A DNA stretch of 56,719 nucleotides, from NCBI GenBank assembly GCA_016176785.1, contig JACOWN010000006.1:1-56719 (forward strand), read 5' to 3'. The DNA is from Parcubacteria group bacterium. Its GTDB lineage: Bacteria; Patescibacteriota; Minisyncoccia; Phycocordibacterales; UBA2135. Of the stretch, positions 10,374-20,307 are shown in pieces. Position 1 is the first letter of the stretch. Each line of letters begins with the position of its first letter. The notes under the pieces were generated by a model, which was given only the letters and a program-made list of their open reading frames with translations, made no database searches and was not told the DNA's origin. Made by a program: the position numbers and the translations under genes.

Positions 10374-11030
10374 TTACGCGCGCGATGATAACGCCTCAAA
10401 ACTTTTTTCCGGGTCAACAATGACAATATGTTTATATTGCAAAATCGTTCCCGCGGTGAGCATGGACGCGGAAACAAGCGCCGCATGCGGAATGTTCCGA
10501 AAACCTCGGCGTACGGGCTCTGAAACGGCGGGAAGGACGAAAAGAACTGCGTGCCGTTTCTTCAAGAGACCGTCCCCGTCCGCATGTTTCACCGCTCCGT
10601 GAAGCGCCGTGCGCGCCGCGCGTGTTTTTGGTTCGGAAAGCGTCAAGGACTCGAGGAATGACATTTCCCCGCGCCGCATCTTTTCCGCAAGGACGGTGAA
10701 AAGCGCTCTCAGTTTTGCGGCACGGTTCATTTTTTTTGTGAATGAGCGTTCCGCGCGGGGTCCGAACGTCGTTCCGCCGCCGCGCCACAGAGGAGAGCGT
10801 ATGGAACCGTGGCGCGCGCGGCCCGTTCCTTTTTGACGCCACGGCTTTTTGCCGCCGCCTCTGACCTCGCTCCGGTCTTTCGTGTGCGCCACTGCAGGGC
10901 GCGCGTTTGAAGCGGCGGACACCACCGCTTCATGGACGAGGTCGGCATTCCAGGGCACGCCGAAAATGCGCTCCGGCAACGAAACCGACCCCGCTGCCTG
11001 TCCGTTTTGATTGTAAAGTTTTGCTTCCAT
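10374..11030 (-). CDS. rplD: 50S ribosomal protein L4
   Basis: RGGGKKPWRQKGTGRARHGSIRSP. Confidence 0.98.
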   Translation of the reverse strand: MEAKLYNQNGQAAGSVSLPERIFGVPWNADLVHEAVVSAASNARPAVAHTKDRSEVRGGGKKPWRQKGTGRARHGSIRSPLWRGGGTTFGPRAERSFTKKMNRAAKLRALFTVLAEKMRRGEMSFLESLTLSEPKTRAARTALHGAVKHADGDGLLKKRHAVLFVLPAVSEPVRRGFRNIPHAALVSASMLTAGTILQYKHIVIVDPEKSFEALSSRA

Positions 11031-11055
11031 ACGCGACGGTTTTCAAAATTAAAAA

Positions 11056-11667
11056 TTACGAGACGCTTCGGATCTCGAGTAACGTTCCGCGCCTGCCGGG
11101 GACGGCGCCCGACACGACCATCCCGTTCGTCTCCGGGTCCACGGCGAGCACCGTAAGGTTCTTCACGGTTATCCGCGTCTCTCCCATTTTGCCGGCCATA
11201 CGCTTGCCCTTGAGGACGCGCTGCGGCCACGTCGCGCCGATCGAACCCGCCTCGCGTTCGGAGTGTTTCTGACCGTGTGTGCGCGGCCCGCCCTTAAATC
11301 CGTGGCGCTTCACGACGCCTTGAAATCCCTTGCCTTTCGTGATGCCGCTCACCAAAACCTTGTCCCCCGGCGAAAATTCGGATACGAGAACTTCCTGACC
11401 GAGGGAAAACGGGCTCGCATCGGGGAGCCGGAACTCTCTCACGTGGCGCGGCGCGGCGTTTGATCTTCCAAAATGTCCCTTCTCGGGCTTTGAGAGGCGT
11501 TTTTTGTTCCCCATGCCGACCTGAACGGCCGTGTATCCTTCTTTTTCCTTCGTCCGCACCGCCGTGACCGTCATCGGGGTTGCAGATAAAACAGTGGCGG
11601 GGATTGCTTGCCCGCTTTCACTCAAATATTGGATCATGTATTGCTTTGTCGCTAAAGCAAATTTCAT
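11056..11667 (-). CDS. rplC: 50S ribosomal protein L3
   Basis: GYTAVQ, KGKGFQGVVKRHGF, GAVPG. Confidence 0.98.
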   Translation of the reverse strand: MKFALATKQYMIQYLSESGQAIPATVLSATPMTVTAVRTKEKEGYTAVQVGMGNKKRLSKPEKGHFGRSNAAPRHVREFRLPDASPFSLGQEVLVSEFSPGDKVLVSGITKGKGFQGVVKRHGFKGGPRTHGQKHSEREAGSIGATWPQRVLKGKRMAGKMGETRITVKNLTVLAVDPETNGMVVSGAVPGRRGTLLEIRSVS

Positions 11668-11675
11668 ATTTTTGT

Positions 11676-12044
11676 CTATGCCATCTTGACATCAATGTTG
11701 ACTCCCGACGGGAGCGTCAGATTCGTCAGCGCTTCAATCACCTGCGGGTTGGGATTCACGATGTCTATCAGCCGTTTGTGGATCCGCATTTCAAACTGTT
11801 CTCGCGCGTTTTTATACACGAACGACGAACGGTTGACGGTGTATTTTTTGATCTCCGTCGGCAACGGTATCGGGCCGCGGATGTCGGCGTCATATCGGGC
11901 GGCGGTATCAATGATCTGTTTGACGCTCGCATCAAGCAATTTATGCTCATACGCCATGACGCGAATGCGCAAACGCGGCAGAGGCGCTTCTTCTTTTTTC
12001 TTGCGCGGCGCGCGTTTTTTTGTTGTCTTTGTTGCTTCCGCCAT
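11676..12044 (-). CDS. rpsJ: 30S ribosomal protein S10
   Basis: GPIPLPT, REQFEMRIHKRLIDI. Confidence 0.98.
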   Translation of the reverse strand: MAEATKTTKKRAPRKKKEEAPLPRLRIRVMAYEHKLLDASVKQIIDTAARYDADIRGPIPLPTEIKKYTVNRSSFVYKNAREQFEMRIHKRLIDIVNPNPQVIEALTNLTLPSGVNIDVKMA

Positions 12045-12180
12045 ATTTCTTAAAATTCCGGTCCGTTCTTCCTTGTTCTTTGGCGTACACGCGGGAGACC
12101 AAAAATTCAGAGGAAGTCCGGGGGTTCTCTTTCCGAGGCGCCGGAACGCCTCCGATGCCCCGTGAAGAAAATCCCGCGGT

Positions 12181-13374
12181 TTATGCGATTATTTTCGTGA
12201 CAACTCCCGCGCCGACGGTCTTGCCTCCCTCGCGGATGGCGAAGCGTTGCTGCTCTTCAAGCGCGACGGGCGCGATCAGTTTGATCTTTGCCTTTACGGT
12301 GTCGCCCGGCATGACCATCTTGACCTCCTCCGGCAACGCGAGTTCGCCGGTAACATCGGTCGTGCGGATGTAAAACTGCGGCTTGTAGCCGGTAAAGAAC
12401 GGCGTATGACGCCCGCCTTCCTCCTTGGTAAGCACATACACTTCCGCATCAAACTCCGTGTGCGGGGTCACGCTGCCGGGTTTGGCAAGCACCTGACCGC
12501 GCGTGATGTCCTCTTTCTTGACGCCGCGAAGAAGAACGCCCGCGTTGTCGCCGGCAAGGCCTTCTTCAAGAGATTTATTGAACATTTCAATTCCGGTAAC
12601 GGTCGTTTTTTGCGTATCTTTGATGCCGACGATCGCAATTTCTTCTCCCACCTTGACCTTGCCGCGTTCAATGCGGCCGGTAACGACTGTCCCGCGGCCT
12701 TCAATGGAGAAAATGTCCTCAACGGGCATGAGAAACGGCTTATTGACGTCGCGTTCCGGCGTTGGGATGTAGGTATCCAGAGCGTCGGCGAGCTCAAGGA
12801 TCTTCTTTGCCCATTCATCATCAACCGATTTCGCCTCAAGCGCCTTGAGCGCAGAACCGCGGATAACCGGCGCCCCTGCGCCGTCAAAATTATACTTGTT
12901 CAAAAGCTCGCGCACCTCTTCTTCAACGAGATCAACCATGTCTTTGTCGGGGACTTGGTCAACTTTATTGAGGAACACGATGATCTTCGGCACGCCCACT
13001 TGTTTTGCAAGAAGAATGTGTTCGCGCGTCTGCGGCATTGCGCCGTCAGTCGCGGCAACGACCAAAATTGCGCCGTCCATCTGCGCAGCGCCCGTGATCA
13101 TGTTTTTGATGTAGTCGGCATGGCCGGGCGCGTCTATGTGCGCATAGTGCCTCTTCGGCGTCTCATACTCATTATGAGAAAGCGCAATGGTAATGCCGCG
13201 CTCCCGCTCTTCGGGCGCATTGTCAATGTCGGCGACGCCGCGCAGTTTGACCTTGTTGCCGGCGAGATTCAAAACATGAAGAATCGCGGCCGTGAGCGTG
13301 GTCTTCCCGTGGTCAACGTGGCCGATGGTGCCGACGTTCACGTGCGGCTTTTCTCGTACAAATACTTCTGCCAT
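12181..13374 (-). CDS. tuf: Elongation factor Tu
   Basis: [23 protein letters not shown]; start set at MAEVF. Confidence 0.99.
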   Translation of the reverse strand: MAEVFVREKPHVNVGTIGHVDHGKTTLTAAILHVLNLAGNKVKLRGVADIDNAPEERERGITIALSHNEYETPKRHYAHIDAPGHADYIKNMITGAAQMDGAILVVAATDGAMPQTREHILLAKQVGVPKIIVFLNKVDQVPDKDMVDLVEEEVRELLNKYNFDGAGAPVIRGSALKALEAKSVDDEWAKKILELADALDTYIPTPERDVNKPFLMPVEDIFSIEGRGTVVTGRIERGKVKVGEEIAIVGIKDTQKTTVTGIEMFNKSLEEGLAGDNAGVLLRGVKKEDITRGQVLAKPGSVTPHTEFDAEVYVLTKEEGGRHTPFFTGYKPQFYIRTTDVTGELALPEEVKMVMPGDTVKAKIKLIAPVALEEQQRFAIREGGKTVGAGVVTKIIA

Positions 13375-13605
13375 AGTATCGAGCGTATAGCTTTTAGCTG
13401 TTAGCTTATAGTCGTTATTAGTAATAATCAATTATTAATCGGAGCTCTTATGCGCCCTCGGCGCCCGGCTTCCAAACAAAAATCGCGCACAATGCGGTTT
13501 TTCCCACTATAGCAAAACCGTACGAATAGTCAACTCGGGGCAGCCGGCTGCGCAAGAAGAGGTTCGCCCTGACATAAAAAAACGCGCCAAGGGGCGCGTC
13601 GTGCC

Positions 13606-13983
13606 TTAAAATGTTCTTTGCCTGTCTGCATCGGCATATTCCTCCCAAAGGCGGAAATTGCCTTTCCTGGTCGGGTTGAGCGGCAGCGTCGCAAAAAGAA
13701 CGCCGTTCCCAAAGCGCCGTTTCAGGGCGCTGAGTGATTTTCCCGGCCACACGATGCCGTGGAAAAACTGGACCCGCACTCTTCCGTGGTAGAGGCGCGC
13801 GATCGCGGACGTTGCCCGCCCTCCGTCGGGCGATGCGAACACGAACTCCAGAGGATGTTTGCGCCGCCATGTCCTCAAATTAAACACCGCGAACGATCCG
13901 CCACCGAGACAGGGAGATTGCTCCGCGAGGGCGGCACGCAGTTCCCGGAGCGTCTCTATCTGATGAACGCTGTACTGCGGCAT
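13606..13983 (-). CDS. Hypothetical protein (125 aa)
   Basis: ATG overlaps the TGA of the upstream gene (TGATG), suggesting translational coupling; no recognised motif. Confidence 0.55.
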   Translation of the reverse strand: MPQYSVHQIETLRELRAALAEQSPCLGGGSFAVFNLRTWRRKHPLEFVFASPDGGRATSAIARLYHGRVRVQFFHGIVWPGKSLSALKRRFGNGVLFATLPLNPTRKGNFRLWEEYADADRQRTF

Positions 13984-14654
13984 CAGTAACCCGCCGAACG
14001 TATGCCCATGCGCGTCGCGCACCGCGCCAGAAAGATGGCGTCAGAGCGGGCATGATTGGGGCGCAGGTCATGCACGTCAATGTCAAGATTTTTCAAACTG
14101 TTGCCGAGGCTCGTCCGCCCTTCCCAAAACGATTTCAGCTGGAGACCTCGCCACCCGAACGGATGCCCCGCCGCGTAGAGGTCAAGGTAGAACTTCCAGA
14201 ACGGCGGGTCAAAAATGGTCGTGTCAAATACCGGCTCTATGTCATGGTCGCCGCGAACAATGTTCGCCCAGCTCACGACCCGCTTTATTGCGAGACCGGA
14301 GGGCGTTCCATTTTTGGTAAGCGCTTGCAGCGCATAGTCGGGGTCCCACCGCCAATCCTCCGGGTCAACCCTCGGGTCGTTACGGTGCTCATACAGGTTG
14401 AAGCAACCGAGTCCACGGCAAGCAATTCTGAGCGCATCTCTGTCAAAGTTAAGTGTGCGCGGCGAGAGTTCCGCATAGAAACACAGGGCGCGCCCAAAAA
14501 GTTCCGCAGGCGACAGCGGGCTGCTCGTGACGACGGCCGCCCCGAGCGCAAGAATGGAGTGTTTGTGCAGGTCAGGGCCTGATGTTCTAAGGTTAATCGC
14601 TATGTACACCGTCGGCCGTACCGAAACCTGCTCCGTGGACACGGTCGGTCCCAT
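13983..14654 (-). CDS. DEDDh 3'-5' exonuclease-like protein (RNase AS-like), degenerate Exo I motif
   Basis: YIAINLRTSGP...SILALGA, FYAELSP, FDPPFW...HPFG, NHARSDA; AAGGAG SD upstream. Confidence 0.65.
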   Translation of the reverse strand: MGPTVSTEQVSVRPTVYIAINLRTSGPDLHKHSILALGAAVVTSSPLSPAELFGRALCFYAELSPRTLNFDRDALRIACRGLGCFNLYEHRNDPRVDPEDWRWDPDYALQALTKNGTPSGLAIKRVVSWANIVRGDHDIEPVFDTTIFDPPFWKFYLDLYAAGHPFGWRGLQLKSFWEGRTSLGNSLKNLDIDVHDLRPNHARSDAIFLARCATRMGIRSAGY

Positions 14655-14751
14655 GAGCCGCGCTCCTTTCTAATCCGCACGTACAGTACTACAAACCGGC
14701 CCCAAAGAAAAGGCCCTTGAACACCTTGGGCCTTTGATATACCCTAACCCT

Positions 14752-14791
14752 CTTGTTTAATCTTTCTCCCATGGGAGAAAGATTAAACAAG
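14752..14791. repeat. 40-bp perfect palindrome, copy 1 of a family
   Basis: CTTGTTTAATCTTTCTCCCA|TGGGAGAAAGATTAAACAAG. Confidence 0.95.
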
Positions 14792-14914
14792 CAAGGACAT
14801 GCAAGCAAAGATAACTGAGGAAAGGAAAAGAAAAATGGGGGAAAATGCCGGCGCATGTGCGCGTCTTCATCTGCGCCGGTTTTTTGTTTCCACGACCTGC
14901 CGCCCGACATCTGC

Positions 14915-17065
14915 CTATTGCCGCGACGCAACGATGCCCTCCGCCACATGGGTTGGAACGGGGGCGTATTTTGAAAACTCCATCGTGTAAGTGCCGCGGC
15001 CTTCGGTCATGGACCGCAGCGTCGTAATATAGCCGAACATTTCGGCAAGCGGCACCTTGGCGCGGATAGCGCGCAAATTCCCGCGTTCGTCCATCCGTTC
15101 AACTTGCCCGCGCTTTGAATTGAGGTGGCCCGTTACGTCGCCCATGAAATGCTCCGGCACCACGACTTCAACATCCATGATCGGTTCAAGCAATATCGGC
15201 TTTGCACGGCGCGCCGCATCCTGAAACGCCATGGAGCCGGCGATCTTGAACGCAATTTCCGAAGAGTCAACCTCGTGATAGGTGCCGTCGAAAAGATCAA
15301 CGGAGACGTCAACGACCGGATATCCCGCGACAATGCCCCGCTCCATCGCTTCACGGATGCCTTTTTCTGCCGCGGGAATATACTCCTGCGGGATAACGCC
15401 TCCCTTGATGCTGTTGACGAACTCAAAACCGTCTTCGCGTTTCGTGTTTTTCGGTTTTTTCGCCCCCTCAACGACGGGCTCAAGCGGTTTGATGCGGATC
15501 TTCACGTGGCCGTACTGGCCGCGTCCGCCGGTTTGGCGGATGTACTTGGATTCCGCCTCGGCGGGCGCCGTGATGGTTTCGCGATAGGCGACTTGCGGCG
15601 CGCCGACGTTCGCTTCCACCTTGAACTCGCGCTTCATCCGGTCAACGATGATGTCAAGATGCAATTCGCCCATCCCCCAGATGATCGTTTCCATGGTTTC
15701 GGAGTCGGTCGTCACCTTAAAGGTCGGGTCTTCATCGGAGAGACGGCTGAGCGCGAGACCCATTTTTTCCTGGTCGGCTTTGGTCTTCGGCTCAATGCGC
15801 ATGGACACGACCGGTTCGGCAAATTGTATCTGCTCAAGCACGATCGGTTTATTTTCGTCGCAGAGCGTATGGGATGTTTTGGTCCCTTTGAGGCCGACAG
15901 CCGCGGCGATCTCTCCCGCGAATACGTTGCTCACCTCCTCGCGCGAGTTTGCGTGAAGCCGAACAATGCGCCCAATGCGTTCTTTCTCGCCGGTCGTTGA
16001 GTTGTACACGTACGAACCGGCGGGCAACTTCCCCGAGTACGCGCGAAAGAATGCGAGCTGGCCGACATACGGGTCGGTTTGCAATTTGAACACCAGAGCG
16101 GCGAACGGCTCGTCGTCAGACGCTCGGCGGATCTCCATTGCGCCCGTCGTCGGATTGACGCCCTCAACGGGCGGAACATCAAGCGGCGACGGCAGATAGT
16201 CAATGACGCCGTCCAGCACCAATTGGACCCCCTTGTTCTTGAGCGCCGACCCCGCGAACACGGGATACAGTTCGTTAGAGACGACGGCTTTCCGCAACGC
16301 GCTTTTAAGCTGCGAAAAAGGAATGTTTTTGCCCTCAAGATAGTCGCTCATGAGCGCCTCGTCGTGCTCAACGATCTTTTCAACAAGCTCGTTCCGATAT
16401 TTCCCGGCGGACGCCGCGAGCGCCGCCGGCACCTCGTCCTCGCGCACCGTGTTGCCCATATTGCCCTCAAAGTAGTACGCCTTCATCCGGAGCAGGTCAA
16501 TGACTCCTTCGTGCGCATCCTCTTCGCCGATCGGAATATGCATGCGCACGGCGTTTTTGTTGAGACGCTCGCGGATCGATGCGAATGACTTTTCAAAACT
16601 TGCGCCGGTGCGGTCAAGTTTGTTCACGAAACACACGCGCGGGACGCGGTATTTATCCGCTTGCCGCCATACCGTTTCCGATTGCGGCTCAACGCCGGCG
16701 ACGCCGTCAAACAAGACGACGCCTCCGTCGAGCACGCGAAGCGAGCGTTCAACTTCCGCCGTAAAATCAACGTGGCCGGGCGTGTCTATAATGTTGATGC
16801 GGACTTCTTTTTCTTTGTCGCTTTTTTCCTCGTATGTCGGAGTCCAAAAACACGTCGTTGCCGCCGCGGTGATGGTGATGCCGCGCTCTTTTTCCTGTTC
16901 CATCCAGTCCATGATCGCCTGACCTTCATGCACCTCGCCGATCTTGTGGGAAATGCCGGTATAAAAAAGAATCCGTTCCGTCGTGGTGGTTTTCCCCGCG
17001 TCTATATGAGCAATAATGCCTATGTTCCGTACCCGAGAAAGGGGGTAATGACGTTCATCCGCCAT
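14915..17065 (-). CDS. fusA: Elongation factor G
   Basis: [33 protein letters not shown]. Confidence 0.99.
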   Translation of the reverse strand: MADERHYPLSRVRNIGIIAHIDAGKTTTTERILFYTGISHKIGEVHEGQAIMDWMEQEKERGITITAAATTCFWTPTYEEKSDKEKEVRINIIDTPGHVDFTAEVERSLRVLDGGVVLFDGVAGVEPQSETVWRQADKYRVPRVCFVNKLDRTGASFEKSFASIRERLNKNAVRMHIPIGEEDAHEGVIDLLRMKAYYFEGNMGNTVREDEVPAALAASAGKYRNELVEKIVEHDEALMSDYLEGKNIPFSQLKSALRKAVVSNELYPVFAGSALKNKGVQLVLDGVIDYLPSPLDVPPVEGVNPTTGAMEIRRASDDEPFAALVFKLQTDPYVGQLAFFRAYSGKLPAGSYVYNSTTGEKERIGRIVRLHANSREEVSNVFAGEIAAAVGLKGTKTSHTLCDENKPIVLEQIQFAEPVVSMRIEPKTKADQEKMGLALSRLSDEDPTFKVTTDSETMETIIWGMGELHLDIIVDRMKREFKVEANVGAPQVAYRETITAPAEAESKYIRQTGGRGQYGHVKIRIKPLEPVVEGAKKPKNTKREDGFEFVNSIKGGVIPQEYIPAAEKGIREAMERGIVAGYPVVDVSVDLFDGTYHEVDSSEIAFKIAGSMAFQDAARRAKPILLEPIMDVEVVVPEHFMGDVTGHLNSKRGQVERMDERGNLRAIRAKVPLAEMFGYITTLRSMTEGRGTYTMEFSKYAPVPTHVAEGIVASRQ

Positions 17066-17086
17066 ACGAATAGAAAAAAGTTAGAT

Positions 17087-17557
17087 TCAGCGCGCGAAGT
17101 GCGCAAACGCCTTATTCGCCTCCGCTTGTTTGTGCACATTGACCCTCTTCTGCACCGCTTCTCCTTCATTTTTCGCGGCAAGAGCGATCTCCTGCGCGAG
17201 TTTTACATGCATCGGCTTGCCTTTCTTCGCCCGCGCCGCGTCCAAAAGCCACCGCATCGCAAGCGCAAGCCGCCGCTCGGGGCGCACTTCGCGCGGCACG
17301 GTGTAGTTCGCGCCGCCGACGCGGCGCGAGCGCACCTCAACCGCGGGGCCAACGTTGCGGAGCGCCTGCTCAAAAGCTTCAAGGGGGTTGTCCGCCTTTT
17401 CGTTTTTTTTGATCTCCGCGAACGCATCGTACACGATCTTCCGGGCAACGGACTTTTTGCCGCGCTTCATCACGCAATTAATAAGCTTCTCCACTTTTGC
17501 GGAATTGTAGAGATGGTCCGGCGATATCGCGTGTCGTTTTTTTACTGGTCGTCTCAT
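17087..17557 (-). CDS. rpsG: 30S ribosomal protein S7
   Basis: [20 protein letters not shown]. Confidence 0.98.
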   Translation of the reverse strand: MRRPVKKRHAISPDHLYNSAKVEKLINCVMKRGKKSVARKIVYDAFAEIKKNEKADNPLEAFEQALRNVGPAVEVRSRRVGGANYTVPREVRPERRLALAMRWLLDAARAKKGKPMHVKLAQEIALAAKNEGEAVQKRVNVHKQAEANKAFAHFAR

Positions 17558-17636
17558 GTGTAAATGAAAAGATTTTGCGAAAGTTTATAGTTATGAGGGC
17601 CGGGAGAGATACAATATAGCCGCGGTGCTCTTTATT

Positions 17637-18044
17637 TTATTTCGGCCTCTTCGCCCCGTACAAACTCCGTCCTTGTTTGCGTTTTTCAACCCCTGCGGTG
17701 TCAAGCACGCCGCGTACGATCGTGTACCGCACGCCGATATCCTTCACCTTGCCGCCGCGCACCAAAACGACCGCGTGCTCCTGCAAATTGTGGCCTTCGC
17801 CGGGGATATACGCGGTGATTTCCTGTCCGTTGGTCAAACGCACGCGCGCGATCTTCCGCACCGCGGAGTTCGGCTTGCGCGGCGTTGTGGTGCGGACGGA
17901 AATGCATACCCCCCGCTTAAACGGCGACGGATACAGCATGGGGCGGTTCTTGAGCACGTTAAACCCGCGGCTGAGCGTTGCCGTTTTGGATTTTCGTACC
18001 ACCTTTTTGCGCTTTCGTTTTACGAGTTGGTGTATCGTTGTCAT
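17637..18044 (-). CDS. rpsL: 30S ribosomal protein S12
   Basis: [27 protein letters not shown]. Confidence 0.98.
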   Translation of the reverse strand: MTTIHQLVKRKRKKVVRKSKTATLSRGFNVLKNRPMLYPSPFKRGVCISVRTTTPRKPNSAVRKIARVRLTNGQEITAYIPGEGHNLQEHAVVLVRGGKVKDIGVRYTIVRGVLDTAGVEKRKQGRSLYGAKRPK

Positions 18045-18217
18045 GCCAAAAAATAACGAGCGCCGAACGAATACCGACAGGAATGTGTTCGCGTCGCTTC
18101 TTGTATAACGCATCTTTACTGACGCGTCAACATAAAAGAAAAGTACTTGGGGCCGCCAAGTAACCTCCACTGTACTATGAACCGGCCCGCAACGCAAGAA
18201 AAAAGCCCCGAGGGGCT

Positions 18218-18637
18218 TTATCGACCGCGGAGCATGGTAACCTCGTTCCGAGGAACGGCGACATAGACGAACACCGCATCCTCCGTCGGCCGCCGGACCG
18301 TGAGCGCGAGAAAAACAACCTCGTACGCAGCGACGAATGCGTCGCTAAATATCTGAGAAAGGAAAAATTGTTCGCGGTCAGTGTCAAACGCATCCGTTAC
18401 GCCAACGACGACCTTCAGGGGATCGCGCACGCACGCGGTCGCCGAAAGGTCTATGACGACCACGTCCGCGTGCGTGCGATACGTGTACATCTGGCGCGCG
18501 ACGGCAGGGAGCGACCGCAGGTCATACAAACCGATATCGGCGCACTGGCGCACCGTTCGTTGAGGCAAAGAAGCGGCGGAAGCCGCGCCGAGCGCGAGGA
18601 AACACGCGGCAAGCGCGCCGAACAGAAAACGGAACAT
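18218..18637 (-). CDS. Hypothetical secreted protein
   Basis: Signal-peptide-like N-terminus [22 protein letters not shown]; hairpin with U-tract after the stop. Confidence 0.6.
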   Translation of the reverse strand: MFRFLFGALAACFLALGAASAASLPQRTVRQCADIGLYDLRSLPAVARQMYTYRTHADVVVIDLSATACVRDPLKVVVGVTDAFDTDREQFFLSQIFSDAFVAAYEVVFLALTVRRPTEDAVFVYVAVPRNEVTMLRGR

Positions 18638-18722
18638 GTGAGAGACCTCTCACGTCAAGTTTGCGCGACGCGCAGCGGTTCTTCTTCCAGTGTACGCGCG
18701 CATGCGGCAAATACAAGCGCGG

Positions 18723-19373
18723 CTACACGCCGAGAGGCATGCCGGTGAAAAGTTCAAAGACGAAGAGCAGAAAACGGAAAAAGAACGGCCAGATGAGATA
18801 TAAAAAGACGAAGATAAAAACAAACGTCGCAAGAATGCCGTAGCGGAAAACCCGCTCTTGAAACGCGCGGTAGCGCGCCTCAAGATGGAACGGCAATATC
18901 GCGGCGAGTATTTTGGAGCCGTCGAGCGGAGGAACCGGAATGAGATTGAAAAACGCAAGCAAAAGATTGATATACACGATCGCGGAGACGATTTGCACGG
19001 CCACGTCGCCGGCGGGCATAACGGCGCCGATGCGCAGGAGCAACGCAAAGATGAGCGCGAGCGCGATATTCACCCCCGGCCCCGCTGCGGCGACTAACGC
19101 CTCCCCCCACCGTTGGTCGCTTAAGTTGTGCGGGTTGTACGGTACCGGCTTTGCCCATCCGATGATGAATTTCGCCGGTGAAAGGGCGAGAAGAAGCGGG
19201 ATGATGAAAGAACCCCAGAGGTCAAGGTGCTTCAGGGGGTTTAAGGTCAGGCGTCCGGCAAGACGCGCTGTGGGGTCCCCCAACATGTCCGCGATATACC
19301 CGTGAGCGACCTCATGGGCAACGACCGATACGATAAGAATGGCGATGAGGGGGGCGAGAAGTTCTATTGTCAT
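18723..19373 (-). CDS. Site-2 protease (peptidase M50)
   Basis: HEVAH, AGP, FNLIPVPPLDG. Confidence 0.95.
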   Translation of the reverse strand: MTIELLAPLIAILIVSVVAHEVAHGYIADMLGDPTARLAGRLTLNPLKHLDLWGSFIIPLLLALSPAKFIIGWAKPVPYNPHNLSDQRWGEALVAAAGPGVNIALALIFALLLRIGAVMPAGDVAVQIVSAIVYINLLLAFFNLIPVPPLDGSKILAAILPFHLEARYRAFQERVFRYGILATFVFIFVFLYLIWPFFFRFLLFVFELFTGMPLGV

Positions 19374-19417
19374 ACCTATAACAGTATGCTAGCATACGAT
19401 GCATTGAAGAAAAAAGT

Positions 19418-19621
19418 ATGGCTAAATCTTGCCCCATCTGTGAAAAAGGAACGCGCATCGGCGGCGGATACTCAAACCGTACGCGCGCAACGCAATTCAA
19501 CCCCACCGGCAAGCGCCGCAGGCGCCCTAATTTGCAGTGGGCAAAACTCCCTTCCGGAAAACGCGTTCAAATCTGCACGCGATGCCTTAAGGCGAACAAA
19601 CACCTGACCGCGAAAATGTAA
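19418..19621 (+). CDS. rpmB: 50S ribosomal protein L28
   Basis: MAKSCPIC...RRPNLQ...ICTRCLK. Confidence 0.9.
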   Translation: MAKSCPICEKGTRIGGGYSNRTRATQFNPTGKRRRRPNLQWAKLPSGKRVQICTRCLKANKHLTAKM

Positions 19622-19704
19622 GTTGAATGACCGAGACGCGCGAAAAGCCGGGCCTCTACAGGCACGGCTTTTCCTTTTCCACCGCCCCGCACACAACCAA
19701 TAAC

Positions 19705-20295
19705 CTAGAGTTGCGTTTCCGTAAGCGCTTTGTTTATCTCGCGAATTGCGAAAGGTTTTACTTTGTTTATTTGCTGCAATAACCCCCCTTCGGTTATGTT
19801 GCTTCCAAGGAACGGCGTAAAGCGTTCATCATCGCCCCAGTACCCGAGATGCGCCAAAATGCGCATAACAAGAATGACCTCTATGTTAAAGATATATTCG
19901 CGCCCCAAGGGCGCGGTTTTTAAAAAAGAAAATGCTTGTGCTATCTCGTCGTAAAGTTTCTCGTTTTTCTCCTCGCCCGAAAGCAGCCGGCGAAGCAGTT
20001 TGGCGACGCGAGTAGCGACGCGGAGCCGAAGAGCGGCATTTTCGTCCTGCGGCACGAAAGCGGTCAGATGCTCCGCGCTGGTAATGCGCCACCCCTGTTT
20101 CCCGCGGACCAAATGCGTTTCTGCGCGCGAAAAATCCTGCAGCGCGTAACGCAATTTTGATCTGAGCTCCCGCAGCCCTTGCGCGTGCGCATGCACCAAA
20201 CCGAATGCGCGCGTAAAAAGCGCGAGGCCGCGGCTCGCTTCCCCGCGGTCATAGCCGCCCAACACGATCGCTTCGGTGTGATGAATGATGTGCAC
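19705..20295 (-). CDS. recO: DNA repair protein RecO (short CPR form)
   Basis: TEAIVL, GEA, FTRAFG, AQGLRELRSKL, LAHLGY. Confidence 0.85.
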   Translation of the reverse strand: MHIIHHTEAIVLGGYDRGEASRGLALFTRAFGLVHAHAQGLRELRSKLRYALQDFSRAETHLVRGKQGWRITSAEHLTAFVPQDENAALRLRVATRVAKLLRRLLSGEEKNEKLYDEIAQAFSFLKTAPLGREYIFNIEVILVMRILAHLGYWGDDERFTPFLGSNITEGGLLQQINKVKPFAIREINKALTETQL

Positions 20296-20307
20296 GAGAG
20301 GGCAGGT

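Noticed and set aside
16..17563. Many long plus-strand ORFs (e.g. 8557-9738, 12247-13404, 15125-16000)
   Set aside because: Antisense shadows of conserved minus-strand genes in GC-rich DNA, with no motifs
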